Shown piece after piece: positions 8,915 to 18,455 of a stretch of DNA of 64,000 nt. Position numbers and translations under genes: made by a program. The notes under the pieces are model-generated. The model ran no database searches and was not told the DNA's origin. It saw only the letters and a list, made by a program, of their open reading frames with translations. Source of the DNA: Chloroflexota bacterium (lineage in GTDB: Bacteria > Chloroflexota > Dehalococcoidia > Lucifugimonadales > UBA3495); NCBI GenBank assembly GCA_027623675.1, contig JAQBVF010000006.1:1-64000 (forward strand), written 5' to 3'. Every line of letters starts with the position of its first letter. The stretch's first letter is position 1.

Positions 8915-10171
8915 ATGGCGGAAGCGATACAGAAACCGGCGCAACGCAGGCAGAGCCGCAACTTCATTCTGGGCAGTTTGTCTTTCGGACACGGGATCTC
9001 CCACCTTTACGACCAGGGATTCCCGGTGTTCATGCCCGCCATCCAGGCGGCCATGGGCCTCTCCAACTTCCAGGTTGCCTTCCTGTTGGGCATCAGGCAG
9101 GGTGGTTTCGGCGCGGTCAACCTGATCGGCGGGGCCATCGTCGATCAGATGAAGGCCAGTTGGGGGCCGATACTCACCGGCTGCATGATCTGGGCCGCCC
9201 TGGGCTTCTTGGTGCTGGCCGCATCCCCCAACCTGGGCGTGCTGGTGATCGCCGTTGCCATCGTGTCCATCCCCGGCGCCCTCTGGCATCTGCCCTCCAC
9301 CGCCGCTCTTTCGCGGCGTTTCCCCGACCGGCGCGGGTTCGCCATCTCCATGCACGGTTTCGGGTCCAACCTGGGCAACGTTCTGGCGCCGGTCGTGGCC
9401 GGCGGACTCCTGACATTCATGCTCTGGCGGCACATCCTCTTGATCTATACCATTCCCGCCGCGATCATGGCGGTCTTCGTTTGGTGGTCACTCCGGGACC
9501 TGGGCGTCGAGGACGGCGAGGCACGAGGACAAGAGCGGCCCAAACGCAGGATCCTTATCGGATACCGCGATGGTTTGGCCATGTTCAAGAGTCCGGTGGT
9601 AGCCACGCTGGTGCTGGCCGCCGCCATCCGCGGGGTGGCCAACAACGCCCTCTTCCAGTGGACGCCGTTCTACCTGAAGAACGCAACCGACGGCGGACTG
9701 GACATGAACTACTTCGTCGCCGGTGTTCATCTATCGCTCCTGACGGGGATGGGCATCATTTCCGCTCCGATCCTCGGCTACCTGTCCGACCGTTATGGCC
9801 GGAAACAAGTGTTGGTGCCCGGACTGATCATCGCCGCCGTGCTGTCCATGTTCGTGGTCAGCGCCGGAGAGAGTTGGATGCTGGCGGTCTTGCTCGGTGG
9901 TATCGGGTTGTTCAGCTTTGCGCTGCAACAGATAATCCTGGCGGCGGTGCTGGACATGACGGGCAAGGGCGCGGAAGCCACGGCTTCAGGCCTGATCTTC
10001 GGCATCAATGGAGTGCTGGGTTTCGGGTCGCCGTTCCTGGCGGCGTTCATCATCGACGACATGGGCGGTTACGGCTCGATCTTCTATTACGTCGGCGTTT
10101 TGACCATCGTGTCCGCGGTGATCATTTCCGTCATTCGGTTCCCCAACTATAGGTTGCCAAAGCTGGACTAA
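8915..10171 (+). CDS. MFS transporter (Fsr-like)
   Basis: About 12 hydrophobic segments and the GYLSDRYGRK motif. Confidence 0.9.
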   Translation: MAEAIQKPAQRRQSRNFILGSLSFGHGISHLYDQGFPVFMPAIQAAMGLSNFQVAFLLGIRQGGFGAVNLIGGAIVDQMKASWGPILTGCMIWAALGFLVLAASPNLGVLVIAVAIVSIPGALWHLPSTAALSRRFPDRRGFAISMHGFGSNLGNVLAPVVAGGLLTFMLWRHILLIYTIPAAIMAVFVWWSLRDLGVEDGEARGQERPKRRILIGYRDGLAMFKSPVVATLVLAAAIRGVANNALFQWTPFYLKNATDGGLDMNYFVAGVHLSLLTGMGIISAPILGYLSDRYGRKQVLVPGLIIAAVLSMFVVSAGESWMLAVLLGGIGLFSFALQQIILAAVLDMTGKGAEATASGLIFGINGVLGFGSPFLAAFIIDDMGGYGSIFYYVGVLTIVSAVIISVIRFPNYRLPKLD

Positions 10172-10223
10172 CGATGCCTCACCGGCCGTGCTTGTTGGGC
10201 CGCCCGCGGTCAATCTTGGACGT

Positions 10224-10252
10224 TTGACACGCCTGTGGCGCCAGCTTAAGAT
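10224..10252 (+). promoter_or_regulatory. Sigma70-type promoter
   Basis: TTGACA-17bp-TAAGAT. Confidence 0.65.
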
Positions 10253-10320
10253 ATACTTGCCATCCACCTGAGAGGGGGGTGAGCGTCCGCCACAACGATA
10301 CGAGCCAATCCGACAGCACA

Positions 10321-10350
10321 GCCGCTGGGATCTGAGATGACCGAGACGGC
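10321..10350 (+). promoter_or_regulatory. pan RNA motif-like hairpin
   Basis: GCCGCTGGGATCTGAGATGACCGAGACGGC folds into a stem with two bulged A residues. It lies in the leader of a panC-containing operon and is followed by a terminator. Confidence 0.65.
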
Positions 10351-10375
10351 CAAACATATGAACTTTTCTAGCTTT

Positions 10376-10405
10376 AACGCCCCGCTGCGTCGGGGTGTTT
10401 CTTTT
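10376..10405 (+). terminator. Attenuator terminator in the pan leader
   Basis: AACGCCCCG-loop-CGGGGTGTT followed by TCTTTT. Confidence 0.7.
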
Positions 10406-10461
10406 GCCAAAAATCAGCCCCGCCATCGCGCCGGGCGGCTCCTTGGCGCCGGGCGGTCGCG

Positions 10462-11430
10462 TTGAACCGGACCATTACCGCGGTAACCGGACTTGAGGCG
10501 GGGCATTACACCGACTTGGAACACGCCACCGGCTGCACCGTTTTTCTCTGCCGCGAGGGCGCGGTCGGCGGAGTGGACGTCCGCGGCGGCTCGCCAGGAA
10601 CCAGGGAGACCGACCTGCTCCGTCCGGTGCACCGCGTCAACCGGGTCCACGCCGTGGTGCTTAGCGGAGGCAGCGCGTTCGGCCTGGACGCCGCATCCGG
10701 GGTTGTTTCCTACCTGGAATCACAGGGCATCGGATTCAAGACCGGCCCGGCGATTGTCCCGATCGTCTCCTCGGCCATTCTGTTCGACCTGGGCCTGATT
10801 ACGGCGGATGTGCGCCCCGGCCCGAAAGAGGGCCATGCCGCCTGCCTGGTGGCCAATGCCGCGCCGATGGCCGAAGGCAGCGTGGGGGCCGGCACCGGCG
10901 CCACGGTGGCCAAACTGGGCGGCGCCGCCAGGGCGGTCAAGGGCGGCATCGGCTCGGCAGCGATCACCCTGTCCACCGGCCAAACCGTCGCCGCGGCTGT
11001 GGCCGTGAACGCCGTGGGTGGCGTCTGGGACTACACCACCGGCCAGCTCTTGGCTGGGCCGCGCCGGAGTGATGGCGGTTTTGACGACCCGGTGGCGTTG
11101 CTCCTAGAAGGCGCTTCGAACGCCCCGGAGGGCCCGGTGAACACCACCATCGGACTGGTGGCCACCGATGCCGCGATCTCCAAGGAAGACGCCAACCACC
11201 TGGCCCGGGTGAGTCACGACGGACTGGCGTTGGCGATCCGGCCCTGCCACACCGTGCGTGACGGCGATACGATGTTCGCCATGGCCACCGGGCATAACCG
11301 GTCCGGTCTGGACATCACGGCCCTTGGCGCGGCCGCCGTGGAGGCGACTGCCCAGGCGGTGCTCCGGGCGGTCAGGCAGACGACTGGACTGGGCGGGATA
11401 CCGTCCCTGTCTGAACTGGCGGCCCGGTAA
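10462..11430 (+). CDS. P1/S58 DmpA-family Ntn-like hydrolase (ThnT/NylC-like)
   Basis: VDVRGGSPGTRETD, LSGGSAFGL, GSVGAGTGA, and the NTT autoprocessing site. Confidence 0.9.
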   Translation: MNRTITAVTGLEAGHYTDLEHATGCTVFLCREGAVGGVDVRGGSPGTRETDLLRPVHRVNRVHAVVLSGGSAFGLDAASGVVSYLESQGIGFKTGPAIVPIVSSAILFDLGLITADVRPGPKEGHAACLVANAAPMAEGSVGAGTGATVAKLGGAARAVKGGIGSAAITLSTGQTVAAAVAVNAVGGVWDYTTGQLLAGPRRSDGGFDDPVALLLEGASNAPEGPVNTTIGLVATDAAISKEDANHLARVSHDGLALAIRPCHTVRDGDTMFAMATGHNRSGLDITALGAAAVEATAQAVLRAVRQTTGLGGIPSLSELAAR

Positions 11431-11479
11431 GCCCGCTTTTGGACCTAGGATTCGGCCCGATCGATACAGGTGCAGTGAT

Positions 11480-12346
11480 ATGGCGCATATGCAAACAGTT
11501 CCGGACAGCATGAGGGTGATCAGCTCCAACCGGGAGATGACCCAAGCCTGCCGCGAGTCGCTCAAGCCCATCGGCCTGGTGCCGACCATGGGGGCGCTCC
11601 ATGCCGGTCACCTGAGCTTGATCGACCGGGCCAAGGCCGATAACCTCACGGTTGCCGTGAGCATATTCGTGAACCCCACACAGTTCGGCGATAGCGACGA
11701 CTTGGAGAAGTACCCGCGCGACCTGGAGGGAGACCTGGAACTGCTGCGCCATCATGGCGTGGACCTGGTTTACGTCCCGTCGGTCGATGAGGTGTACCCC
11801 GAAGGGTTCGACACCTGGGTGGACGTGGGGCCGCTGGCCGACAAGCTGGAAGGTTTCTACCGGCCCGGCCATTTCCGGGGCGTTGCCACCGTGGTCTCCA
11901 AGCTGTTTAACGTGACCAACCCCGACCGGGCGTACTTCGGACAGAAGGACGGCCAACAGACGGTGGTGATCCAGAAGATGACCAAAGACCTGGACATGGG
12001 CGTCGAAGTGGTCGTGATGCCGACCATCCGGGAGTCCGACGGTCTGGCCATGAGCAGCCGCAACGTTCAGTTATCGCCCGAACAACGGCAGGCCGCATCG
12101 GTCCTGTATCTGGCGTTGGGCGCGGCCCACTCGCTTTGGCTGGACGGTGAAAGGAATGGGGACACTCTCAGGGGTGCGGTCCGAGGCGTGCTGGAGACGG
12201 GCAGCCTGGTGGACCAGATCGACTACGTGAGCGTGGCTGACCTTGTTAACCTGGACGAACTGGAACAGGTTGAAGGCCGGGCCATGGTCTCGGCCGCGTT
12301 CCGCATGGGCTCTGTGCGGCTGATCGACAACCTAGTTCTGGAATAA
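11480..12346 (+). CDS. panC: Pantoate--beta-alanine ligase
   Basis: VPTMGALHAGH, FVNPTQF, RPGHFRGV, FGQKD, DGLAMSSRN, RLIDN. The start could be 11510. Confidence 0.97.
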   Translation: MAHMQTVPDSMRVISSNREMTQACRESLKPIGLVPTMGALHAGHLSLIDRAKADNLTVAVSIFVNPTQFGDSDDLEKYPRDLEGDLELLRHHGVDLVYVPSVDEVYPEGFDTWVDVGPLADKLEGFYRPGHFRGVATVVSKLFNVTNPDRAYFGQKDGQQTVVIQKMTKDLDMGVEVVVMPTIRESDGLAMSSRNVQLSPEQRQAASVLYLALGAAHSLWLDGERNGDTLRGAVRGVLETGSLVDQIDYVSVADLVNLDELEQVEGRAMVSAAFRMGSVRLIDNLVLE

Positions 12347-12355
12347 GCCAGACCG

Positions 12356-12399
12356 GAAGCAAAATAGCGGCCCCGAAACCGGGACCGCTATTTTGCTTC
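12356..12399. terminator. Bidirectional terminator-like inverted repeat between convergent genes
   Basis: GAAGCAAAATAGCGG...CCGCTATTTTGCTTC. Confidence 0.75.
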
Positions 12400-12426
12400 T
12401 CGAATCGCTTGAAATCCGTCCCGGTG

Positions 12427-13425
12427 TTAACTCTGGGTTAGTTCACGAAGGGCCGCGGTCAGGGCCGGCAGGACGGATTCCCAGTCGCCGACCACGCCGT
12501 AGCGGGCCTCTTTGAAGATGTTGGCCTCAGCGTCCTTGTTGATGGCCACGATGACCTTGGCCCCCGAACATCCAGCCATATGCTGACTGGCGCCGGATAT
12601 GGCCACGGTGATGTACAGGTCGGGCGTGATGGTTTTTCCGGTCAGCCCCACCTGATAGGCGGAAGGCACCCATCCCGAGTCCACCGCAGCCCTGGACGCG
12701 CCAACCGTGCCGCCCATGACCTTGGCTAGCTCTTCAAGTTGGGCGAACGGCTCGGGGCCGCCCAGTCCGCGGCCGCCGGAGATCACCACGCGGGCGTCTT
12801 CCAGCTTGATGCCTTCGGCTTCTTCGATGACCGTATCCACAACCTGAGCCCGGACCATCGTTGCGTCCAGCTCAACCGGAAATGATACGACCTCGCCCTG
12901 GCGGGACGAGTCAGCCTCGGCGGGTTCATAAGCCTTGGGGCGGATGGCGGCGATCTGCGGCGTCTGGTCGCAGCTAACCACGGCTATGGCGTTTCCGCCG
13001 TACACCGGGCGGTTGGCCAATAGTTTCTTCTCGGCGGCGTCCACCGATATTTCCAAGCAGTCTTGGGCCAGCCCAACACCCAAGCGGAACGCCAACCGGG
13101 GGGCCAGCTCTCGGCCCTCGGCGGTGCGGGCCACCAACACCACGCGGGGAGCGATGTCCTTGCAAAGGGCTTCCAAAGCGGCCAGATAGAGGTCTACTTG
13201 GTAATTGGCCAACAGCGGGTGGTTAACGGAATAAACCTTCTGTGCGCCGTGGGCGATAGCCTGTTGCGCCGCAGCATCTAGCGTGTCTCCCAACAGGGCG
13301 ACCGATAGTTCGTCGCCAAGGTCGGCGGCCACCTTCTGTCCGGCGGCCAGCAACTCAAGGGTTGTGCTGCTCAGCTCTCCTCCGGCGGCGTCGCCGATTA
13401 TCAGTACTCCGGTGCCATCAGCCAT
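12427..13425 (-). CDS. etfA: Electron transfer flavoprotein alpha subunit
   Basis: GGRG, GASRAAVD, QVGLTGK, ISGASQH, AINKD. Confidence 0.95.
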   Translation of the reverse strand: MADGTGVLIIGDAAGGELSSTTLELLAAGQKVAADLGDELSVALLGDTLDAAAQQAIAHGAQKVYSVNHPLLANYQVDLYLAALEALCKDIAPRVVLVARTAEGRELAPRLAFRLGVGLAQDCLEISVDAAEKKLLANRPVYGGNAIAVVSCDQTPQIAAIRPKAYEPAEADSSRQGEVVSFPVELDATMVRAQVVDTVIEEAEGIKLEDARVVISGGRGLGGPEPFAQLEELAKVMGGTVGASRAAVDSGWVPSAYQVGLTGKTITPDLYITVAISGASQHMAGCSGAKVIVAINKDAEANIFKEARYGVVGDWESVLPALTAALRELTQS

Positions 13426-13523
13426 CACGGCCTCCCGTGCTTTTGGAATCCTGCGGCGGGTCCCTCAGGACGAGGCAGGTTCAGGGTTATGAAAATCTTC
13501 CGGTGGGAAACGCCGGCGAGAGA

Positions 13524-14324
13524 TTAGATGACCTTGTCTTCCCTTAGTTTCAAGGCCAGGAGACGGCCGGAATCGGCGGCGTCCTCACCCTCAATGATCT
13601 CGCATTCCTGGTCGCTGACCGGAACGAACATATCCCGCAGGGTGATGCGAGGGGCAGACTGGGCCGATTCCAGTTCCAGGTCGCTGGCGCTCCAGATGGT
13701 TGGCTTCTTCCGCGTGGCCGCCATGATGCCGCGCAGGGTTGGGTAGCGGGGCTGGCCCAGCTCGTTGCTGACCGTCACAACTGCGGGCAAGGGAGCTTCC
13801 ACCACCTCGTAGCCGTCGGGGATGATGCGCTCAACCCGTACCTTGCCGTCAACCACGTCGACCTTCTTGCCAAGCGATATGCACGACATGCCAAGTATCT
13901 CGGCCACGCCCAGGGGAACCTGGGCGTTGTCCCAGTCGGATGCCTGCCTTCCGCAGATGATCAAGTCGAAGCCTTCCAGCTTGCGGACCGCCGCGGCCAG
14001 AAGCTGGGCAGTCATGAAGCTATCTATCGAATTTTCAAAGGAGTCGTCTTGGAGCAGGACCAGTTCATCGGCGCCCATGGACAGGGGTTTCTTCATCACG
14101 TCCAAGGCGAAAGCCGATCCCGTGGAGATCACGGTGACGGTCGCTTCCTGGGTGTCTTTGATCCGGAGGGCGGCTTCCACCGCATTCTCGTCGAACCCAT
14201 TGACCACCGGCGGGATATTGGGCGGCGGCACGACCTTCTTGGAGGCGCCGTCAATCCGGAAAGCCGCCATGGGCATCTCCGGGTCAATCACTTGCTTGGC
14301 TAGAACGCCTATCTTGATAGCCAT
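13524..14324 (-). CDS. etfB: Electron transfer flavoprotein beta subunit
   Basis: KQVIDP, NGFDENAVEAAL, CGRQASD, PRYPTL. Confidence 0.95.
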   Translation of the reverse strand: MAIKIGVLAKQVIDPEMPMAAFRIDGASKKVVPPPNIPPVVNGFDENAVEAALRIKDTQEATVTVISTGSAFALDVMKKPLSMGADELVLLQDDSFENSIDSFMTAQLLAAAVRKLEGFDLIICGRQASDWDNAQVPLGVAEILGMSCISLGKKVDVVDGKVRVERIIPDGYEVVEAPLPAVVTVSNELGQPRYPTLRGIMAATRKKPTIWSASDLELESAQSAPRITLRDMFVPVSDQECEIIEGEDAADSGRLLALKLREDKVI

Positions 14325-14553
14325 GGCTCTCCTAATGGCGTGGGACCGGCGCAGGGCCGGAAAATGGTCTTTGTGAGACCTTGTGAAACATATCACCAAG
14401 CTCCCCAGGTGTCAATTGAAACCGAGACTGGCCAGGCAGGCGTAGGAATTATCGGGAGAGCCCTCTGAATGATATAATTTACGTTGAGGCTGGGGCGTAG
14501 GTCCGCCGGTTTTTAACCGGGTTGAAGGGCGCCCCCTAAGAGGTTGATTGACA

Positions 14554-15399
14554 ATGAACACGGTGAAAACATTCTTCCTGATGGTCGTCATGTCGGCGTT
14601 GCTTCTGTTGGTGGGCGCGTTGCTTGGCGGTGTCGGCGGTGTCATCTTCGCCTTGGTGATCGCGATCGTGATGAATGTGAGCGCCTACTGGTTCTCGGAC
14701 CGCATCGCGCTGAGAATGACCCACGCCAAAGCCATCACCGAGAACGAAGACCCAGAGCTATTCAGCATAGTGCGGGAGCAGGCTTCATTGGCGGGGCTGC
14801 CGATGCCCAAGGTGTTTGAGATTGAATCGGACGCCCCCAACGCCTTCGCCACCGGACGCAACCCGCAGCATGCCACCGTGGCGGTTACCACCGGCATCCG
14901 GCGCATACTGAACCGGCGGGAGTTGGGCGGTGTGCTGGCCCACGAGATGGCCCATGTCGGCAACCGGGACACGCTGATCATGGCCTTGGTGGCCACCGTC
15001 GCCGGCGCAATCTCCATGCTGGCCATGTTCGCCCAGATCTCGGCGTTGTTCGGCGGCATGGGCGGCCGGGGCCGGGATAACAACATCATGGGCCTGATCA
15101 TCGTGGCCATCGTAATGCCCATCGCGGCGGGGCTGGTGCGCGCCGCGATATCGCGGACCCGGGAGTTCCAGGCCGACGCCACGGGCGCCCATACGAGTGG
15201 TGATCCTCTGGCCCTGGCCAGCGCCCTGCAAAAACTGGAGTTGGGGTCGCAGAACAGCAGCATGAAGGTGGCCGAGGGCGCTTCCCACCTTTTCATCGTT
15301 AACCCCCTCAGGGGCATCAAGATGAGCAACATGTTCTCAACCCACCCGCCCATCGAAGAACGGGTCAGGCGGCTGCAGGACGTAAAGCCCAACTTTTAA
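14554..15399 (+). CDS. htpX: Zinc metalloprotease HtpX
   Basis: PNAFATGR, HEMAH, SRTREFQAD, FSTHPP. Confidence 0.95.
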   Translation: MNTVKTFFLMVVMSALLLLVGALLGGVGGVIFALVIAIVMNVSAYWFSDRIALRMTHAKAITENEDPELFSIVREQASLAGLPMPKVFEIESDAPNAFATGRNPQHATVAVTTGIRRILNRRELGGVLAHEMAHVGNRDTLIMALVATVAGAISMLAMFAQISALFGGMGGRGRDNNIMGLIIVAIVMPIAAGLVRAAISRTREFQADATGAHTSGDPLALASALQKLELGSQNSSMKVAEGASHLFIVNPLRGIKMSNMFSTHPPIEERVRRLQDVKPNF

Positions 15400-15480
15400 C
15401 CTAAGAACGGTTCAGGAGAACGTTCAGGCGCCTGTAGAACATCAAGCAGGATGGCTGGTTACGATCGGCGGCGAATCTTG

Positions 15481-15520
15481 AAATGCCCGGCGTGTCAACA
15501 CGCCGGGCATTTTTCTTTTT
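15481..15520 (+). terminator. Intrinsic terminator
   Basis: AAATGCCCGGCGTG..CACGCCGGGCATTT followed by a T-run. Confidence 0.85.
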
Positions 15521-15642
15521 AGCGGTGTTGCCGGTGGCGTGAGTTAACGAAAGCTCCATGCTAGACTTTTTGGGCGCGGCCGGTTTGGCCCTTGGTCAAC
15601 GGTCTTCGCTGGGCAAGAGACCCGGGAGATTTGTAGCTAGCT

Positions 15643-16944
15643 ATGGGATGTATCTTTTCGTTGGCCCGCGCGGGCGCTGCCTTGGTCCTGGGTGTGGTGA
15701 TATTTGTTGGTTTCATGTTCTTCCTGCTCTTGAACAACTTCTCGGACAATCTGCTGAGCGCCGATTTTTACAACGACACTATCTCAGGGCAGGACACCTA
15801 CAACCGCATCTACACCGAAGTGTTGGTGGATGACGAACTGCGGGAAAAGACGGCAGAGTTGCTTGGCGATATCCAAGTGGTGAGCCACGAGGAGCTCGTT
15901 GGTCTGTTGCGGCAGGTCGTGCCGACCGAATACATGCAAGAGCAGGTCGAGGGCGCCATCGGACGGACCATCGACTACATGAACGAGGACACGGATGTCC
16001 TTGAGGCATATATCGACCTGTCTGTTCCGCTAGAGAATGTGAAGCCGGTCATGTTCGGTTACATCGATGGCCGGATCGACGCCCTTGAAGTGGAGGAGAT
16101 ACAGGGGATCCCTGACTGCACCCCAGCCGCGCTGAGCGGTCTTGTTGACCGCTATGTTGCGACGTTCACCCGGCTGGCGGAGGGTGTCGTCCCGGAATCG
16201 GTCCCATCTCTTAAGCAGATTGCCGAGCCGTGCCGGGTCGTTCTTTTCGAGTTGGCGTTCGGCAGCCTCGTGGACGACACCACGCTGAGCGCAGAGGCAA
16301 AAGAGAACCTGAAGGCAGGCAAGGGAGAGCTTAGGTTGCCATTCGCGGCCGGCGATACCCTAGAGGTATTGAAGGTTTCGGCGCGTTTACTCGCTACCCC
16401 GCTGATGGATAAAGCCATCAACAATGTGCGCGCGGACTTGAGCGACGGAGACCGGCTTGACCTGATCCGTCAGGTAGCCGAGTGGGACAGTTCCACGACG
16501 GAAGTCCAGATCAGGAGCGATGTAGGCGACGCCCGGAGATGGGTCTCCCGCGCCCGCAACTTCGGCGACCTGACCACGCTGCTCATGGTGATCGGCGGCG
16601 CTATCTTGTTGGGTCTGGTCCACCTGCCGCGCCTGGCTGGCATGCTGCGCTGGCCCGGTGTCGCCCTCGCGTTAACCGGAACGTTCTTTTTCGTGGTCGG
16701 TAAGATCGCCCAGAGCGAAGTGCCCGACCGGATGAGGCAACTCGTGGACTCCGGGGCCGATCAAGTGTCGGGTGTGCCGCCTTCGGTCACCGATCTGGGT
16801 GGCGACATACTGGTCTCGTTCGGAACCCAGATGACTAACGGAATCGTATGGCCCTCGCTCGTCTTGCTGATAATCGGCGTGGTCTTGATTGGGGCGTCGT
16901 TCTTCACCGCGCCCATCACAAAGGTCCTACCCTACGTGAGATAA
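15643..16944 (+). CDS. Hypothetical membrane protein
   Basis: 433-aa ORF with an N-terminal TM segment, a large helical domain and three C-terminal TM segments. Confidence 0.8.
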   Translation: MGCIFSLARAGAALVLGVVIFVGFMFFLLLNNFSDNLLSADFYNDTISGQDTYNRIYTEVLVDDELREKTAELLGDIQVVSHEELVGLLRQVVPTEYMQEQVEGAIGRTIDYMNEDTDVLEAYIDLSVPLENVKPVMFGYIDGRIDALEVEEIQGIPDCTPAALSGLVDRYVATFTRLAEGVVPESVPSLKQIAEPCRVVLFELAFGSLVDDTTLSAEAKENLKAGKGELRLPFAAGDTLEVLKVSARLLATPLMDKAINNVRADLSDGDRLDLIRQVAEWDSSTTEVQIRSDVGDARRWVSRARNFGDLTTLLMVIGGAILLGLVHLPRLAGMLRWPGVALALTGTFFFVVGKIAQSEVPDRMRQLVDSGADQVSGVPPSVTDLGGDILVSFGTQMTNGIVWPSLVLLIIGVVLIGASFFTAPITKVLPYVR

Positions 16945-17057
16945 CCGAACGGCCCGCTTCGTTCTCCATTTAGATAACAGGTGGATAACCGGGGAAATAT
17001 CAGGGTCCGGCCAAACATAAATCATCCCGGAGTTTGCTGGTTGGATGCCACCAAGTT

Positions 17058-17284
17058 TGTCATTCCGGCCGCGTTTGTCATTCCGAGCGAAGAGAGGAAT
17101 CTCGTTACTTATGGGAGACCAACTGCCGGTCCCGCAGAACGATGGGAACCTTGAAGTCAAGCAAAGAGATTCTTCTCCTTCTGTGGAAGGATCAGAATGA
17201 CAGGCTGCGGAAGGATCAAAATGACAGGCGGTTAGTGCGGTTGCTCCGCAGGGCCGTCATTTCGGCGAAAGTCGCAATGACCGC
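17058..17284. repeat. REP-like palindromic element (TGTCATT...AATGACA family)
   Basis: TGTCATTCCGAGCGAAGAGAGGAATCTC faces GAGATTCTTC..CAGAATGACA, with partly duplicated arms. Confidence 0.7.
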
Positions 17285-17358
17285 ATCTGCCCGGCAGCAT
17301 GCCGCCCATGATGAAACTCTGGGATGACTCCCGTATCGGTCCTTCCCGGACAGCGGTC

Positions 17359-18318
17359 CTAGAACAGCGCGATGGGGCTGACCGGCGAACCGGTGACGTT
17401 GCGGAGCCTCAACGGAGCGAGCGTCAGCATGAACTCGTAGCGGTTCCGCTGAGCACAGGCTTCGGCCAGTTCTTCCAGGTTGGCGTTGTCGATCAGCCAA
17501 AGGCCCATGGTGACTAGGCACATGGTGTGTAGGGGAGACCCAACGGTGCTGTAGTGCGAGGGCCGGAAGTCGTTGGAGGTGTCGGTGCCGAGCATGGCGA
17601 TGCCCCGTTCCTTGAACAGGGGCGTGCAGGCGACCTGACAGGCGGTCATCGGCTCGCCGGCCGCGGCCGGTGGATTGTCCAGGCGCATCCGGTAGTTGCC
17701 GGTGCGTACCAGTAGAATGTCGCCCTCCTCGACCTTGACGCCCTGCGCCTCTTCGGCTTCCAGCAGGTCGACCGGCATCACCGGCTCCTTGGGGTCCAGG
17801 TATTCCACCCCCCGTAGCTTGGGCAGGTCCAGCAGCACCCCACGGGTCACGATGCCCGAGTAGGCGGCCTCGATGGAATGGGTCTGCGCCCCCTCACGTG
17901 AGGTGATCAACTGGGCCGGTTTGCCGTTGTAGAGGCGGCCCTGCCAGGAGTAATGAGACATGGCGTCGATGTGGGTGATGCTCTGGCCGTGGAACACCAT
18001 GCCAATGAACTCGGCCGCGCCCCGTCGGGCGTACTGGCGCTCCGGAGAATCGGCGGTCCGCCCCTCTCCACTGTCCACCATGAACCGCTGCACCTGGAAC
18101 GTGACATCGGCGTGCATGTCGGTGCTGATGGGCCGGGCGCAACTCACCGGGATGCCATCTTCCACTAATGCCGCGGCCTGCTTGCGCTTGGCCGGGGTGA
18201 TGAGGTTCAGACAGCCTAGTTGGTCGTCGTCTCCCCAGCGGCCCCAGTTGCTGAGCGATTCCATCCATTCCAATACTTGTGCTTCTTCGGGTATCTGCCG
18301 GGAAGTGGCCTGCGCCAT
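17359..18318 (-). CDS. Cyclase family (kynurenine formamidase-like) metal hydrolase
   Basis: SNWGRWG.DD, HGQSITHIDAMSH, GDILLVRTG, TGSPV. Confidence 0.9.
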   Translation of the reverse strand: MAQATSRQIPEEAQVLEWMESLSNWGRWGDDDQLGCLNLITPAKRKQAAALVEDGIPVSCARPISTDMHADVTFQVQRFMVDSGEGRTADSPERQYARRGAAEFIGMVFHGQSITHIDAMSHYSWQGRLYNGKPAQLITSREGAQTHSIEAAYSGIVTRGVLLDLPKLRGVEYLDPKEPVMPVDLLEAEEAQGVKVEEGDILLVRTGNYRMRLDNPPAAAGEPMTACQVACTPLFKERGIAMLGTDTSNDFRPSHYSTVGSPLHTMCLVTMGLWLIDNANLEELAEACAQRNRYEFMLTLAPLRLRNVTGSPVSPIALF

Positions 18319-18455
18319 GGGTGAGCCTCCTGCCTGTGAGTCTTGTTGATGCCGGTTGATCTAGTGTCCAGGATTACACCAGGGTAAGCGTGCAAAGTTG
18401 CACAATTCTACTATGGGAAATAGCGGGGTCAAGGGCGCGCTAGGGGAAATTAAAC

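Noticed and set aside
15404..15426. GAAC/GTTC pairs as LexA boxes
   Set aside because: The spacing is not GAAC-N4-GTTC and the site is downstream of htpX.
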